Below, one piece after another: positions 61,198-64,000 of a stretch of 64,000 nt of DNA. The position numbers and the translations under genes are program-made. Within the stretch, counting starts at the first letter, position 1. The number at the start of each line of letters is the position of its first letter. This DNA is from Halocafeteria seosinensis (Eukaryota). Under the pieces are notes generated by a model that saw only the letters and a program-made list of their open reading frames with translations, did no database searches and was not told the DNA's origin. Where the stretch lies: contig LVLI01000158.1 of NCBI GenBank assembly GCA_001687465.1, forward strand, positions 1 to 64,000. The letters are read 5' to 3'.

Positions 61198-62600
61198 CTA
61201 GGGGGCTGTCCGAATCTCCACTTCCTCCTGATAAGGGGGACCCGTCCGACTCTTCGACTGCTTCAGTTCCTCCGTACACACCCGCTCAAAGTCATAAAAA
61301 GTCTGGTTTCGAAATTTTTTCACCATGTAGTCGTGAACGTATTTGCTTTCAAAGCACGAGCAGTCTGAGCGATCACCACTAAGCACATTACCTGCGTCAA
61401 GGAAATCCTGTACCGGTAGGACGTTAATGTCAAAGCCATACTGTGACACAAGAGGGAGCAGCGTTTTTCTACCAAAATATTTAAAGGAACTGCCTACATT
61501 GACAGAGAAGAGTTCACCACCGCATGCACAACAGTACATGTGTATCGAGGCAACCCCCTCCCTTCGCTCCGTATTTTGCGGAGATAGTTTCTCTGGCTTC
61601 GTAATATGCTTCCCTGGCTACTACCCTTAGCTGGTCCCGGATCATGTATAATTCCTGCTTGGTAACAGAAGGAACAGGCCTGTATTGCTGGAGATCAAGA
61701 GGCTTGCTACCGATGACGTGCCAAACTCAACGCCACAATTCTGGATCCTCTATTCCTTTAGCTTTCAGAAGATATTCGTTGGTTTCGTCTCGCTTAAGGT
61801 TTCCAAATATTACTTTTTTAGCAGACACATGGTCCGACATCTGCTTAATTTTGTGCATTCCTTCTCCGGGGGAGTAATAAGAACCACTTGAAATTGAGAT
61901 CTTTTCTCCCGAGCCGCTATGCGTCCAAATAGAACGCATATTTTCATCTCTTCCTGAGGTGCTAAGTTAATATCATCGACCACTACCAATGGGTAGGACC
62001 GCGTTGTTTTGTACAGTTTGGTCAGTGCGGTTCCGAGGGGGACTTGCATCCGGGGTTGCACTTTTGCCTTCCCTCCGACTTTTAGTTTAAAGCACTTTCG
62101 GAAAGGTCTCCAAGTGTTTGCGAATCGGTAGCTGAGGTACAAAAGACTTGTAGAACGTGTAACATCTGCACCGTACCAAACCTGGAAAGGTGTAGATTCC
62201 AGCGGACGGAATGGATTCGATCGATTGACGTAATAATGTCGCCGTCGTTTGTCGTCTATCTGGTCCAGTAAATTAGTTTTGGGCTCCATCAACAATTGAA
62301 CAAGCCTTTCGTCGATAGAAAGTCTCCGATACGGAATATACCGGTAGGGCTCCACCAGCAGCTGACCAGCTCTACCGACGCCAACGTGGGCCAACATATT
62401 TTGAGACCCTTTCGTCCCAAGTGTAAGGGATAACGTCATACGCAATAGCGATTGAGAGACATAATCCAAATAGACAATTACAATAAAACACGAAGAGTAT
62501 AACCTGCCATATATCGAGTTCACAAAACCAGACATAAAATCTCATAGGTAAATGAGTAAACCAGTTACAAGAACCTCCAAACCATGCCAAGGAACCACGC
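61198..62600 (-). pseudogene. Decayed P-loop ATPase (AAA/ATPase_2-like) preceded by a hydrophobic segment
   Basis: Frameshifted Walker A (YVGPR / GVGRA at ~62400-62369); Walker B YPLVVVDDIN; IFGNLKRDETNEYL...LWR*VWHVIGSKPLDL with an in-frame stop at 61727 and a frameshift near 61870. Confidence 0.6.
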
Positions 62601-64000
62601 ACAAGAAGTCACCTGTTGCGCGTCGGCGTCTGATACGTTCATATTGCCAGGCTCACGACAACATCAATCTACTGCAGATAACATAAACAATGTGCAGAGG
62701 TTTCCTAAACTAACTTCTTTTCTGGGCAGAAAAGTGAATGATGTGGATGGGGGTTGCGTTGGCTAAACACGCGATACGCACTTCTACTGTGGTGACGTTC
62801 GGCCGCTTCTTACCCTGTAGTTTCGCTAGGAGATTTTTGCTGAGGGTTTTCTGATAGGGTTTATGGGGAAAGTTCACGGTTTCTCCAACTTGAAGCAACC
62901 AAGAGTGGAGTCACTCACTACCGGTAGGACTTCCCACAAAAAAGGATAAAAAATAAAAAATGGGGGAGTAGGCATACACATACACGTTATATTGTATTAT
63001 ACGAAAGCTAAAAACAACATTGGGACAGATGTTTTGTCCAGGAGGACAATCAACCGACCAGAAAGACTGTATGCTACTATTGGTACGACTGCTCCCCTCC
63101 GCCGAGTGGCCACACCATTCAGTGGTTGGTAGTGAATGAAATATACACTCCGGGGTTAGCTAATAGGGCCAGAATCCGTAGCTACTCAGCTAGCTGGGTA
63201 GTAGTTTGTGGTTAAGAAGACGTCATGTTCCGGTGAAGAGACATCATTCCTTACCATTGTACTTTCAACTGAAAGACACCGTGAAGGCAACTATTTGTTT
63301 TAATTTCTGAGGAACAATGACAAAGTTTTTCGTTTCTATCCATGACACTAGTGATAGTATTTGCTCGTAGTAGGGTGAACGAGTATATCATGGAGACACT
63401 ACAATGTAGAGCTCCGTGGTAACAGCATACCGGTATATGGTATATGTGTGTGTGTGTGTATGGTAACAGTGGTGGTAATTAGGGATGCTGCTACAAATCC
63501 ATCCAAGCATTTACCCGGGGCAGACGATCCCAATAGACTAATGTCATTAGATTTGGGTTTGAAATGGAGATAAGGACACTCAATGAAGGACAACAGGACA
63601 CTGCCGGCAGGACGTCGATGTCAGCGGCAAGTTGCAGACGACACGAGTGTACGACCAAACGAGCATCATGAANNATGGAAATACACTCAGTATGCTACAC
63701 ACAATTAAGTGGTATCGACGATGCGTGTTTTGAGTTGGGATCAGGAGGTACATACACTAAAAAAATCCCCCACGATCCGCCGTCTTGAAAATACACTGAT
63801 TCCAATTCAGTTGGCACACGACATACATCGGCTTTGCAGCTCAGCAAGCTCTCTGACGAAGAGAACATCCGGCTGATTGGAATGATATGAGTTTTATGAT
63901 ACCACACTTGGTTCCGCGAGTCGTGCGAGGGTGGAGGGACATTGACGGAAATGTGGTACTACACATTCAACATTATCACCGTCCAGGCTCGCAACTTCAC

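Noticed and set aside
63399..63907. Short minus-strand ORFs at the window end
   Set aside because: No motif, ambiguous bases (nn) nearby, and context truncated by the window edge.
1..64000. Prokaryotic operons, CRISPR arrays, tRNA/rRNA/snRNA genes
   Set aside because: The DNA is intron-containing eukaryotic sequence; I saw no repeat-spacer arrays, cloverleafs or snRNA signature motifs by eye.

Overview
Gene-dense eukaryotic genomic DNA with the standard genetic code and many short (mostly ~55-110 nt) GT-AG introns. It is probably a heterotrophic protist; the AP-3 beta motif looks stramenopile-like (inference). Many six-frame ORFs are exons that must be spliced. About 21 genes can be reconstructed: a Mind bomb-like Mib_herc2/ZZ/SH3 protein, a CaaX protein, TIPIN/Csm3, a 2OG-Fe(II) oxygenase, a subtilisin, a PH-kinase, a tandem family of multipass membrane proteins (one intact, one frameshifted, one 5' fragment), a GLUG-repeat secreted protein, ALKBH8, a DENN protein, an LRR protein, NAGK, TMEM128, SVIP, a bZIP factor, an EF-hand/WD40 protein, OGFOD3, an EGF-multipass receptor, AP3B and a glutaminyl cyclase. 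There are also decayed relics (Ty3/Gypsy pol, a kinase, a P-loop ATPase) and a dispersed inverted repeat. The two most interesting signals are (i) a tandem family resembling PHTF/7TM-ion-channel (insect chemoreceptor superfamily) proteins fused to a degenerate Ras-like domain, and (ii) an IRE1-type CNG^CNG hairpin downstream of the bZIP domain, suggesting an XBP1/HAC1-like unconventionally spliced mRNA. All homology calls are by-eye motif recognition, not database searches.
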